Assembly (NCBI RefSeq): GCF_009914755.1
Contig: NC_060938.1
From: the human T2T-CHM13v2.0 reference genome, Homo sapiens
Reading direction: 5' to 3' (one strand)
DNA length: 64,000 nucleotides
The notes under the pieces are model-generated. The model was not told the origin of the DNA. It was given only the letters and a program-made list of their open reading frames with translations, and did not search any database. Of the stretch, positions 13,859 through 26,909 are shown in pieces. Position numbers and translations under genes: made by a program. Numbering within the stretch: position 1 is the first letter of the stretch; each line of letters begins with the position of its first letter.

Positions 13859-14758
13859 TTAAAGGAAATACACACATTAAATGTCAAATAATGTCAAATA
13901 ATGAAGACAAAATATTATCAAAAAGACAATATATTACTCAATAAATGATTTTTGGATAGTTGGTTACCTATTTGAAGAGAAACCATCTATTTAGATGCTT
14001 ATCTTCCAAATTAATACCAGAGTAATAATTCCACATGAGAATCTTCTATCTCCACAGGATTTCATTGACCATAAACAATAATGGGAAAGGCTTCCCCCAG
14101 AGTTTCATAATGTCACTTTAAACAAATGACCACAGAAGCACTTTTATACATCAGCTGTAAAAAATCATAGAATTCTTCAGGGAATGCATTTGTAAACGTA
14201 TCATGAACTTTCAATTATGCATGTGTTATTGGTAATTGTAATTTTGTCTTGTTTTTAAATATAGAGCATGCTTAATTGTATAAGAAACCTTTACATGAAA
14301 TGATAGGCATTCTAATGTCTCATTTAGTGGAGTTTGGTAACAATCTATAATTTCCAACATAGTAGCTTAAGTAAAATATTTTACATATATGTAATGGAAT
14401 ATTTTGCAGCTATTAACTTTACAATATGTTTGCACAGAAAACACGTGATATAATCAGCATAGAAATTTCATATATTGGAGACTTTGTTTAATCATAGTTG
14501 ATCGTCCATACATATTTATCTCTTCTCTACCTGTACCCCACCAAATTACAAAGAAAATGTATGAATTTGATGCTACAGTGCAAATATTTGAATTAATATA
14601 TGTGCTAAAATTTCAATAAATGGAAGACAGAAAGGAAGTGGAAGCTTCATGAATAACTCAGAAAAGTAGAGAGGAATGAAGCTCAAGGGTCAGATTTCAG
14701 ACTGTTTCTTATATCTTTGCATGGTTTTATTAATTCATAGTATCCAGATGAAGCTATC

Positions 14759-15276
14759 TGTGATGGTTAATATTAAATGTCAACTTGATTCGATTGAAGG
14801 ACGAAAAGTACTGTTTCTGAGTGTACATGGGTGTCTATGGGTGTTGCCAGAGGAGATTAACATTTGAGTCAGTGACCCTCCAATCTGCTGCCAGCACAGC
14901 TAGAAAAAACAGGCCGAAGAAGGTGGAAGAAGCTGATTTGCTAAGGGCCTTCATTTTTCTCCCTTGCTGGATGCTTCCTGCTCTGAACATCAGACTTCAG
15001 ATTTTTAGCTTTTGAACTCTTGGGCTTACACCAGTGGTTTGCCAGAGGCTTTCGGGACTTCGGCCATAGACTTAAGGGCTGCACCGTCATCTTCCCTACT
15101 TTTGAGGTTTTGGGACTCAGGCTGAGCCTCTACTCAGGCTTCTCTGCTCCTCAGCTTGCAAATGGCGCATTGTGGGACTTCACCTTGTGATCATGGGAGG
15201 TAATTCTCCTTAATAAACTCCGTTTCATATATGCATATATCCTACTATCTCTGTCTCTCCAGAGAACCCTAATACA
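14759..15276 (+). mobile_element. MLT2A-like (ERVL) solo LTR
   Basis: 'tgtgatggttaatattaaatgtcaacttgattcgattgaagga' ... 'ccagagaaccctaataca'; near TSD ctatc/ctttc. Confidence 0.88.
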
Positions 15277-15882
15277 CTTTCATGTTTTCAAGTTTAGGAC
15301 ACATTTAGAAATAGTTGGAAAGAAAGAGGGAGGTCTTTTATCTGACCTCCTGAGTTTTGTAGTAGTAGGTGTGTTCCTGCTCCGCTTACACCAATCTTGA
15401 GTAGCCCCATAATAACGAAACTACACTCTTCATGTCAAGGTTTTCTATTCTCTCCCTTAGTTACCATCATTTGTTTTCCCTGAATTCCACCTTACTTGCC
15501 ACAATCCACCACTTCTTTTAAGTTCTAACCTAAAGAATTTCTTTGATACAAATGTTTTTCTATCTCCCAATTATTATAATTAACTGATTATTTTTATCCT
15601 ATGACCCTTTGTAGTTCCTTTATAATATACTATCAGACTGTTTAATCTCGTGTGTATATCTCTAGTTTCCATTATTCTGGAAGTCAAGGATACAACTTTG
15701 TTCGTCCTCAATGTATAATATTAATGCTGGGTAAATTCAATCTAAAACGAATCTATCTATAAATCTACAAAACACAATATTGTAGATAAATGAATTAATT
15801 GGATTCTATTTCCATACTTCATTTGAATTGGCAAATTGTATTTCCTATTATTTGATTTTTTTCACAAAACATAATTCATTTA

Positions 15883-17555
15883 TGTCACAGGATCCTTGGG
15901 GTGTCGCTTCACCAGCTGGAAACCTCTATGGCTAATGGTGCCTTTGCCTGAGTTTTTACTCTGGCATACTGGATTGTTCCACTCACTAGGTCTGGCAGGC
16001 CACCCTTGGCTCACACTACCAGCCCAAATCTCATGCTTGCCAAGAGCGAGTCACACACAGAGTGGTGAGGGGTGCTTGAGACAGCAAGCATTGGGCCCAG
16101 CCACTGCTCACAGCCAGGCATGCCAGCTGCAGTGGAGCAGGCAGCTCCAGCCACTGGAATGGGCACTGGCCCCCTGCAAGGCTGTGACTTGACCAGGCAT
16201 ACCGCAAGCTGCTTCCACAGCTGGCAACAGGGAACACAGTGGCACCTAGAAGCTTTGAGATGCCAAGGAACTGCAGAGCCCCAGAGAGGGTGTCACAGAT
16301 CTGTTTCAGGGAGCTCCTAGATCTGGGCTCCCCAAAGAGTCACAGATCTTCTTTCCTCTCCTTGTCACCTGCAATGTGGTGAACAACAGGGACATGTTTC
16401 AGCCCTGCTTTTCTTACAGCTCTTTCAGCCCAGCCCTACCATTCAGCAGGTCCTGATTTCTTGTCCTGTATCCAGGAAGAATGAGGTATGTGGACAAATG
16501 GAGTGTGAGCAAGGTGAAGAGGAGCTGTATTGAGCATTAGAACGGCTCAGAGGAGACCTGCAATGGGTAGCGCCTCTCTGCAGGCAGGCCATCCCATTGA
16601 GTGTTCAGCTCTCAGCAAAGATGAGACCCTGGAGTATGTAGCTTCTCTCTGCAGCTGGTAGTCCCAAGATCTGCTCAGCTCTCAGCTGAGAGGAGACTCT
16701 AGAGTGGGTAGCTCCTCTCAGCAGCTGACCAACCTCTGCAATGCTCCAGTCTGGATAAGTCTGGAAATTTTTAAGGGTTTCAGAGGGGAGGCAGTGCATG
16801 CTGATTGGTCCATGGGTGGCCATGGGTGGGCCCAGAAAAAGCACCATTAGTTCTCATTCCAGTCCATAGGACTGGTAGCCTAACCCCCAGGCTTCAGGCC
16901 TTCCCCAAGCTTGAAGGTGGGCTTTACCAAGGGCCTGCCCTTTCCCCCACAAGCCTGTCTGCCTCCTGCTGTTGTTCATGGTGCTCAGGCTGTTTATGCT
17001 GAGGGGGGACCTGCAGGCGTGCCCTGAGCTGCTCTCAGCACCCCATTGGTCTTCTTCTCTTGCTTATCATGCCCAAAGTTCAGAGGGCACAAAGGCTGCA
17101 GGGAGCTGGTGCATCAGTGCTGCCTGGATGTGTGCACACCTGGCCAGATTGTGACAGCACCTAGGCTCAGCCTCAACTTGCTCCCAGATCAGAGTAGATG
17201 CCAGGAGCTGGGAGAGGCCAGGCAGTGGGAACAGGCACTTCTGAGCCTGTGGGGGTTTTGTGTGAGTGGGGAGCTTTCCAGGCCCCTGAGAATGTAGAAA
17301 TGCCCAGGTCCACACCTGCAGCTTGCACTGCTGCAGCTGCACCCAGGAAGATGGGGCTCCTGCCTGCTCCCAGCCCCCAGGAGCACAGGGAGGTCAAAGT
17401 CTTCAGCTGCAGATGAGCAGCTACAGTTTTGCCCAGGAAGTTCAAGGCTCCTACCCTGCCAACTTGGAAGTGTGTGGGACTTCTGCCTGTTCCTGGCTCC
17501 TACTGCAGCAGGCATCTTCCCAGGGGCCGCTTCAGAGGGGTCATCGCTGCCATCA
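15883..17555 (-). mobile_element. MER52-like (ERV1) long GC-rich solo LTR
   Basis: Terminus 'tgtcacaggatccttggggtgtcgcttcaccagctggaaacctct', other terminus 'cgctgccatca', 4-bp TSD ttta/ttta. It explains the cluster of GC-rich spurious ORFs. Confidence 0.85.
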
Positions 17556-17726
17556 TTTATACAACAAAAGTGTTGTGACAAAGGGACAAGATTCAGAACT
17601 TATTCTCTAGGGATGAGGTCTCACGGGTGAGACAAATATAGAAATCTAATGCCAAATAAGTAGCTAATATAAACTGTTGCAGAAACATGTACAAATAAAT
17701 TTAGACTCACAAAAATACTCCCCCTA

Positions 17727-18056
<330 letters not shown>

Positions 18057-18905
18057 TCCCCCTAAAGATGTCATGACAGGAAAAATAACATTTAGTTGAT
18101 CCTAGAAAAATTGAATGAATACCATCAGATTAGGCAAGAAATTACAGCACAACCAGAGCGATCGGCATGTGCAAAATCACATACAGATGAAAGAGCCTTC
18201 TTTGTAAAGACATTAACTAAAGAACCTTTATTAGTGTCTTGGAGACCTGTAACAGTTACAAAAATGATATTTTGGAAATACTCTAGCCGCTGCATTTGAC
18301 TTTCCTGCAGTTATTTAATATCTCTACTGTTCATTGATTGAAGGTTTATTCTGCTTTTTTTCATACTTTCTTTCTCTTTGTTGCAACTATAATAGCCACA
18401 TTCAAACTCACATAGGTGACTGCAATAATAACAAAAATGACTGTGAGGTTATGAATATCTGACAAATCCCTTTGCAAAAGTTCACTCTTATAATTCAGTG
18501 GACAGGTGGTTGAGAAAAAAAGTGAAAAGACCGTTCCTAAAAATGCTTATTCAATTAAAGCCTCAGAGATAAAGGAGAAAACACGTGATGTATCCTTCAG
18601 CAAATACTGCTTTCAGAAAAAGAGCTGATCTTACTGTCCCGAAAATGTAAGTAAAATGTCTTTGTTCATATGATGGAGAAAGACTTGTCTAAGTCTTTTC
18701 TCTGCAATCCAACATCATGGTTAATTCAGTATAATAATTATTTTACTAACATTTATTATACAATTATCCACTGAATTTTTTACAATGGTTTACTCAAGTA
18801 ATTTTTGCCTGGAATTATTTTACATTTATTATCAATTCCTTCAACTGTATTATTTTATTTGGTCAGCAAACTTGCTATAATGTTTCTCATATTAGAAGAC
18901 TCATA

Positions 18906-19208
18906 CGCCAGGCACGGTGGCTCACACCTGTAATCCCAGCACTTTAGGAGGCCGAGGCGGGCGGATCACGAGGTCAGGAGATCGAGACCTTCCTGGCTAA
19001 CACGGTGAAACCCCATCTCTACTAAATATACAAAAAATTAGCTGGGCGTAGTGGCGGGCGCCTATAGTCCCAGCTACTCAGGAGGCTGAGGCAGGAGAAC
19101 AGCGTGAACCTGGGAGGCGGAACTTTGAGTGAGCCGAGATCGCGCCACTGCACTCCAGCCTGGGCGACAGAGTGAGACTCTGTCTCAAAAAAAAAAAAAA
19201 AAAAAAAA
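18906..19208 (+). mobile_element. AluY
   Basis: Full dimer with AluY diagnostics ('ggatcacgaggtcaggagatcgagacc', 'ggctaacacggtg'); poly(A); TSD aagactcata. Confidence 0.93.
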
Positions 19209-19811
19209 AAGACTCATAAAAATAACTGTCCTTCACCCACTCATCAGCTCCCAACATCGTGCCCCTTCCCTTGTTCCTTTCACATGCGCATGAAAATATT
19301 TCAATGTTAATTCCCCAATATTATCAATAACACATGACTCTACACTAATTTTAAAATGAAGCACAGAAACATGTAAGGAAAGATGTTCTTACTCTCAATT
19401 CTGTTGACACTTTAATTACATAGAGGGGCAGAAATAGGTGATCAAGATAGACAATGGCGAAGGGTGACCCCCCTGCCACACACATAAGAGTAGCAAGAAC
19501 TAAAGGCTAGGTTACACTAGGCTGGAAACACTGGATGTCCGGACTAATCTGTATGCCAGTAAATAGCTATAATAGCTACTATAAATGACTAATGAAAATT
19601 AAATATTGCACCTTTTACTGTATGTATGACAGTAATAGGCCCTAACTGTTCAAGGTTTTTATTGCTTCAACTATGATGATACATGGTCTTAGTTTACCAA
19701 CACTTATTAAATGATGTATTTTTATTTTTTGCCTAAAAAATTTTTGTCAATGCACATGCAGGCAATGGCAGAAATATAATATTCCCTTACTTAGAAAAAT
19801 ATTTTTAAAAT

Positions 19812-20570
19812 TATAATCAATGGTGAAAAGTTAAAATATTTTCCTCAGGAAAAAGACAAGGATGTTCATGCTAGGGACTTCTATTTAGCATAGTTCTGCA
19901 AGTCCTAGCCAGAATAGTTAAGGAAGAATAAATAAAAGGCATTCAAATTAGGAAGGAAGAAGTAAATTGTTGTGGTCTGTAGATGACATGATCTTATATA
20001 CAGAAAATCCAGAAGACTCCACCAAACAACTGTTATATAAACAAATTCAATAAAATTGCAGGATACAATATCAGCATAACAAAAATCAGTAGCACTTATA
20101 TATACTAACAACAAACTATCCAAAAAACATATGGAGAAAACTATCTCATTTAAACAGCTACAAAAATAAAAATAAAATCCCTAGGATTAAATTTGAACAA
20201 GGAAGTAAACTATCTGTACACTGAAACTATAAATCATTGATGAAAAATTGAAATAGACACAAATATATTGAAAGACAGTATATGTTTATGGATGAGAATA
20301 TTATTAAAATATCCATACTACCTAAAGCGATATACAGATTTAATGCAATCCCTATCAAAATATTAATGACATTTTTCACAGAAATAAATAAAATTCTAAA
20401 ATATGTATGAAAACTCAAAAGAACTGGAGGCCCAGAACAGCCATAGCACTCTTGTGTAGAAAGAATGAAGCCGGATACATCAATATGTACTACAAAATCT
20501 GTTACAAAGCTATAGTTGTCAGAACAGCATGGTACTGAGGTAAAACCATATGCATATATATATATATATG

Positions 20571-20616
<46 letters not shown>

Positions 20617-22095
20617 GAGAGAGAAATGCGATAGACTAGAAAGCACAGAAATAAATCTATGCAGTTACAGTCAATTGATTTTCAACTAAGATGCCAAGAA
20701 TACACAATGGGGAAAGAATAGTCTTTTCAATAAATGGTATTTAGAAAACTGGATATCCACATACAGAAGAATGAAATTAAACCCTTATCTCACACTATTT
20801 ACAAAAGTCAACTCATTATGAATCCAATACTTATGTAAGACCTAAAACTGTAAAATTACTAGAAGACAACATAGAAGAAAGGCCCCAAGACATTGGTCTT
20901 GGAAATGAGTTTTTGGAAATTACTCCAAAAGCACAGAAAACAAAAGCAAAGATGAGATTGCATCAAACTAAAACGTTATTGTACAGTGAGAAAATAATAA
21001 ACCAAGTAAGAAAACATTCTCTGGAATCAGGGAAAATATTTGCAAACTACACATCTGATAAAAGTATACTATCGAAAATATGTAAGTAACTCAAACAATT
21101 CAATGGTAAGAAAACAAATAATATCATTAAAGCATGAGCAAAATTTCTTAAAAATATATATACAAATACCCAACAGGTAAAATAAAGAAAAGAAAGAAAA
21201 AAGCTCAATATCAGATTAAAGAAATCACCTTACACCTGTTATAATGGCTGTTATTTAAAAGGATGAAAGATAACAAGTGTTGGCTAGGATGTAGATAAAT
21301 GGGAACTCTTGTACACTCTTGGTGAGAAAGTAAGTTGGTACAGCCATTATGGAAACTAGTATAGAATTTTCTCAAAGAGTTAAAAATAGGTCTACCATAT
21401 GACCTAGAAATTCCACTACTGGGTATATATCCAAAGGAAATGAAGTTAGCATGTGAAAGAGATACATGCACTCCCATGTTCATTGCAGCATTATTTGTCA
21501 CAGCCAAGACACAGAAATAACCTAAGTGTCCATCAACAGATAAATGAATAAAGAAAATGTGTTATATATACACAATGCAATAATAGTTTACCTTACAAAT
21601 GAAGTAAATCTTGCCATTTGTGACAACATGAATGAACCTGGAGGAAATTAAGTGAAATAACCCAGGCACAGAAAGACAAATACCATGTGATCTCACTTAT
21701 ACATGGAGTGTAAAAAAGTTGAACTCATAGTAACAGAAAATATTATACAAATTATAATAAAATGCTGGTTAACAGAGGCTGGAGTTGGGGAATTGTGGAG
21801 AATTTGGTCAAAAAATACAAAATATCAATTAGAAGGAATAGGTTCTACTAGAATATAGAGTAAAAGATCTATTATATATCATGGTGACTATAGTTAATAA
21901 CAATATACCTTACAGTGAAAATTTCTGAGAGTAGATTTTAAATGTTTTTGCAAGAAAAAATAATGATAGTTGAGGTGATAGATATGTTAATTAGTTTGAT
22001 CTAATCATACTGCAATGTATACATATATTCAATCATTCTGTTGTACACCATAAATATATCATTTTTACTTGCCAATTAAAAAAATTAAAAAGAAA
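19812..22095 (+). mobile_element. 5'-truncated L1MA-type LINE-1 (RT region to 3'UTR) with internal (TA)n(CA)n
   Basis: Degenerate RT motif 'gtagatgacatgatcttatat' (ADDMI), ORF2 C-terminal motifs, L1MA-type 3'UTR 'atggtgactatagttaataacaat', A-rich tail. Confidence 0.88.
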
Positions 22096-22938
22096 ACTAC
22101 TTCAGATATTACCCTAAATAAAACCATTACAAATTACTATAAACAATCTACTGACTGAAAATTTTTTTATGTAATACTTACATAAACATTTTTCCTATAA
22201 TTAGTAAAAGTAAGATGTTCAGATGAAAGCATTCTAAGTGTTGTTGAAATATCTGTTGGATTAGCAGAATCAAGTTTTCTTGGTGCTAATTTTTCATATT
22301 CTTTAGAATGTCACTCTTTCATTATTTCTTCAACTGTACAAGTCATTGCTTCCAGTAGTATATAATTTTGTTGTGTGTACTTGTGTGTGTTCGAAAGAAA
22401 GAAAAACTTAACGCCTTTTTTTCTACTATATCTGTACTTGCAGAAGATAATTTTTTACAGAATGATGCTAGTGTGACAATTGGGTAAAATAATCTAGTAA
22501 GAGTCTAATTCATAAATTAAATTACCTGAAGGAAAAATTACCTTTGATAAATTGTAAGCCTATGTACATTTCATTATCTCCACAAGTGGCAATGATCAGA
22601 AAGCCAGACTTAGTACAATGAGTACTCTAGATTAAACATTTAAAATTAAAGTATCCAGTTATAAAGATTGTTACAAGAGATTTATAGTAAAATCTCTTAA
22701 TCTGCTACTCATTTTTCTTGACTACTCAGTAGCTCAGAAGTGTCTAACACTAGAAGGCAAGCAGATTTTATAATTATGGTCAAAGTTTCTTAAGACAAGA
22801 CTACAGAGATTTTTCTGAAATTCCTTCTGTTGCAATTTCTAAATATTTGACAAGAGTGTAGCCTTCATAATAAGTGTGTAAACATTACACCTGGCTTATA
22901 TAGAATGATGTCAGATAACCTAACCCTTTCTTACTCCT

Positions 22939-23338
22939 TGTATTCGTCTACAAGGGCTGCCATAACAAGACACCATGGTCTGGGTGGCTTAAGTGGCAGA
23001 AATGAATTTTTTCACAGTTCTCAAGATTTGAAGTTCAAGGTCAAGATAAAAGCAGGACTGGTTTTGCTTGAGGACTCTCTTCTTGGTTTGCAGATGGTCA
23101 ACTTCTTGCTCTGTCCTTATATGACCTTTCCTCTGTGCCTGTACAGAGACAGAGAAAGAAAGGTCTCTGGTGTCTCTTCTTTTTCTTATAAGGACATCAG
23201 TCTTATTCCATGAGGGGCTCACTCTTATGACCTCAATTAACTTTATTACCTCCTTGAAAGCCTTACCTCCATACTGAGTCATGTTGAGTGCTAAGCCTTC
23301 AACTTATGAATTTTAGGTTGCATAGTTCAGTCCATAAC
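22939..23338 (-). mobile_element. MLT1A/B-like MaLR solo LTR
   Basis: 'agggctgccataacaagacaccat...ggtggcttaa' ... 'gttcagtccataac'. Confidence 0.8.
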
Positions 23339-23974
23339 CCTCTCCCTTCAGGAGAATTTGTTGTTCTCACCCAGTATTTAATTCCATGTCTTCAGAGCTG
23401 GTTACTCTGAGAGTTGTGATAAATTTACCCTAATACAATGATGATCAGATAGCTTTATTTCTTCGTTAGGTGTTTGAATACCTTGTTAAAATACCAATTA
23501 TTTTTTCTGTGAGCTCAGGTTGTAGACTTCGGCGGGAAGTATTCTCCTCCACTAATGCTTAAAAAAATCATTTCACACAATATGATTAAGAACTTATACT
23601 AGTAAATTGATTATTATGCCATTCTTCAATAACTTTTTTATCTTAGGGATAAAATATAGGAAAATAGATATTTCTTATTTAGAACTGAATATTCAAACAA
23701 GATAAACATATGACTTTGTATGTTAGTTGCAGCATGTTTTATTGAAAATGGAAAAAAATTTCACTTTAAATACATAGCCTATATCCTTGAAGTTTCTTTA
23801 CTAATGCCTTTAAGCAATTAGCTACACTTTAATGCTTTAAAAAAACAAAATACATATCTGCCAGGGACTAATTTTACAACAAATTTACATGAATAAAAGC
23901 CCATTAAAATTTTAGAATTTATTTCAAGTACCTATAGCTTTTGTTAAAATTGTGTTAAAAATATTTATTAATTA

Positions 23975-24410
23975 ATTTCACGAATATGTATCTGGTGTCT
24001 GCTGATGCCAGCAAGTTCTCAGGTCATAGCAGTAAATAAAACAAATGATTGCCTTTGGTAAGCTTATGTTGTAGCAGGAGGAGATAGATAATTAACATTT
24101 ACACAATAAATAAATAAACCTCATGGTAAGTTAAATTATGAAGTGTACCGTGGAAATGAGCAAAAATAAACACGGTGGGAAAATAAAAAATTTGGCATCA
24201 GAGGAGGTTGAACCAATAAATACAGATATAAGAGTAAGTCTCACTGAGGAGAGATATTTGAGGAAATCTGGAAGTGGATGAAAGAATCAAGACAATCTTC
24301 TGCTAGAGGGAAGAGTCAATGAAAAGATATGAAATGTTTGAGAAAAATAAATAAATTGGTTTGGCAAAATAGGGTGAACAAATGGGTTATTCCATGAGAA
24401 TAAAGTCAGA
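23975..24410 (-). mobile_element. L2 fragment
   Basis: Degenerate antisense L2 3' motifs ('agcagtaaataaaacaaa...gcttatgttgtag'). Confidence 0.55.
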
Positions 24411-24754
24411 AAGAAAATTTATAATTATGTCATTGACCTGGTAGTTATCAATATTTTTTAACATTTTATTGATCAATTTCATCAAGTGAAAAAGGATATT
24501 GATTTTAAATTAAATCTAATTTTTGCATTTTGTTATACTAAACTACACAGGGTAGATATCAAACGGACTAATGCATATTTGGAAAGAAAACCTAGATACA
24601 CAAAAATGTTTTAATAAACCCACTTATAATTGTTAAAATATAGAACTTTTTAATTTTTTCCACATTTTATCTGTTTGTTCTTATGCATTTCATTTCCATC
24701 AAATGTTCTCTCTTTTACTTGGAATCTTCTGAAATCTGAAATTGATAGTACAGT

Positions 24755-25616
24755 AGACAGGTGATTTACTGAGAGCAATACCATTGGGCTTTGGGCTCCC
24801 TAGCTAGCCATATTTTGACTTACATCACATAATTTTGAAACTGGATGTTTTGAAAGCCCCCAGCTACACTGGGGTTTTAGTACCAGAATGGCTAGTCAAC
24901 CTCCCCAAATGAGAAATAAAGGGGAGCTGGACGTGAACATTCACAGTGTACCTTTCACAGGATACTTCCTTTACATGGAAGATGGCCTAATGTCTCATTG
25001 TCCAACCCACAACCGGGGGGTTCTGCACACAGAAAACTTGTTTGTACTGGCAGGTGCCCCTATGGCTTTTGTTTGACCTGTGTCCAGTTTTTGCTTACCT
25101 GATCATTACTCTGGCACAGAAGCCCAACCTTGTGTTCCCCACTGGTGTCCCAGGAAACTAGTTTGGGGTAGCTCCTTGTTCTTCATATGGAAGGTACAAA
25201 TTTAAGACACCATCACTATAGGAAAAAAGTTAAAAGATTTTTATTTACAAATCCCAGGCCTAATGAGTTGGAAGGGCAGTCCTCCATCCCTGAATCACTG
25301 GATAAAGGAATGAAGGGGTCGAGTAGAGAGAGAGAAAAACATGCAGCAACTCACAGTTAAGGGAGTAGTGAATAGGTCACATTAAGTTTGCAGGCAAATG
25401 TCTGTCTAGTTTCTTTAAAGGAAGATGCTGGAAAGCTGGGAGCCCAGCCTGCCAGATGAAAGAGATGCCACTAAGTTCTTATCTCTTGCCATTTGGATAT
25501 GATGTAGAAATGGAAACTGTGTCAAAGGTGACTGAGACCAGCTTCTGGTATAAGAAAGATAAATTTGTATTCAAAATGAATGCCAAAGCAACAAGAAATT
25601 ATACAAATTCACTGCA
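24755..25616 (-). mobile_element. Probable ERV1-class (MER-type) solo LTR; subfamily not assigned
   Basis: Higher-GC block ending 'ttcaaaatgaatgccaaagcaacaagaaattatacaaattcactgca' (TG start on the minus strand), with an internal minus-strand AATAAA. The left boundary is uncertain. Confidence 0.55.
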
Positions 25617-26521
25617 CTGGAAATGCCAAAGTTAGTTTTCTGTTATATCTCATTTGGCTGAGCATTTTTCCATTTTTGTGTTTTGTATGGACCTCAGGTG
25701 TAGAAAATTGAATTAATTACCCTGCCATTCATGACACGTTATTATGGTGGCATATTATCTTCATGGTACTGTGTAAGGTTCCATTGATTTTTTTAAAAAA
25801 TTATTTTTTCTTCTATTTTTTTCTGGTATTACTTGTTCATGTCCTCACAATTATGTATTTTTCATTTACTATAAAGGGCCCTTATAAAGTAATAACTTAG
25901 TGGTATACCTATTAAAATTGAGTAACTAAAGGCTCTGATTTCCAAAGGTTCATATTTTTCCCCAAAATCTGTGGTGAATTAAAATCAGTTCAATAGTTTA
26001 ATAAAAGGGAGAGGAAATGTAATGCAAACTTATTTTGCCCTCTGTCAAAATAAATGGTTAAATAAACAAAATGATTAGGTCAACTTCATCTAGTGCTATG
26101 CCAGGCAGGTATTTAAACTGTACTTTTACAGACAAAATGACACTAGAATTTGGGTAATTACCAGTGGATTTCATTGATGTTTGAGTATAAAAGTATCCAG
26201 TTACTATCCATTCTCTTTAAGTCAATGCTGTATTATCTGCTTTGAATTATCCAGATGACTGGTTAAACAATTGCTTGTATCATTTAAGTTTAATTTAATT
26301 AATTTTGACATTTCTGTTTTCTCTCTATAAAAGAAAAGAACAGAGGCAGATCCTTGCCTATTTATGCATGGTTATAAAGTGAAAAATTCAAACTATGTAT
26401 TCTTCCACTTAAAAATTAACATATTCTTCAGAATTAGTTTTGATGCAGACAAGAGAACAAATTGCATGTTTAAACAAGTATCAGAGATCATCTATGAGTC
26501 CCACTTTTTGTATTTATAAAT

Positions 26522-26595
26522 TCTATGTAACAAATCTGCACATGTATCCTTGAGCCTAAAATAAAAGTTGCAAAGAAAAATAAATAAGAAAACAA
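26522..26595 (+). mobile_element. Very short L1P 3'-terminal fragment with A-rich tail
   Basis: 'ctatgtaacaaatctgcacatgtatccttgagcctaaaataaaagtt' matches the L1PA/L1PB 3' terminus. Confidence 0.7.
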
Positions 26596-26666
26596 TGAAA
26601 AAGTAATAACAACTAAGAAGATGTAACATTATAAAAAACATTAACTATCTCTCTCTTCTTCATCTT

Positions 26667-26909
26667 TCAGACAGCATGCCCATGTGTCTCTACCCAGCAG
26701 TGTTGACGAGTGGCATGTTCACAGAGCAACAGGAACCTCATCATTGCTCTTTTCAAAGTACCCTTAAGCTCTCTATTCCTCATGCTCCAGATCAAGGGGC
26801 CTAGCACAGGGGTAATAAATGTATAAACTGTAGACACTACCTGGCCCCTCTCAAGAGAGCTGCTAGAAGTGGAGCACAAGTAGACAAGGCTTGTACATCT
26901 ATACTGAAG
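26667..26909 (-). pseudogene. Olfactory receptor pseudogene fragment (TM6 end, TM7 and C-terminus), family-10-like
   Basis: Translates LQYRCTSLVYLCSTSSSSLERGQVVSTVYTFITPVLGPLIWSMRNRELKGTLKRAM..., a degenerate form of the OR signature YTxxTPxLNPLIYSLRNxE/DxKxAL. The LQYGC-type TM6 resembles OR10 members. The 5' three quarters of the CDS are absent. Confidence 0.9.

Noticed and set aside
15896-17610. Dense overlapping GC-rich ORFs as a gene
   Set aside because: All lie within the MER52-like LTR; long ORFs arise from low stop-codon frequency and show no recognisable domain.
26667-26879. Listed 70-aa ORF as an intact small protein, or assigning a specific OR gene symbol
   Set aside because: It starts at a TTG inside a truncated OR frame, and the fragment is too short for me to name reliably.
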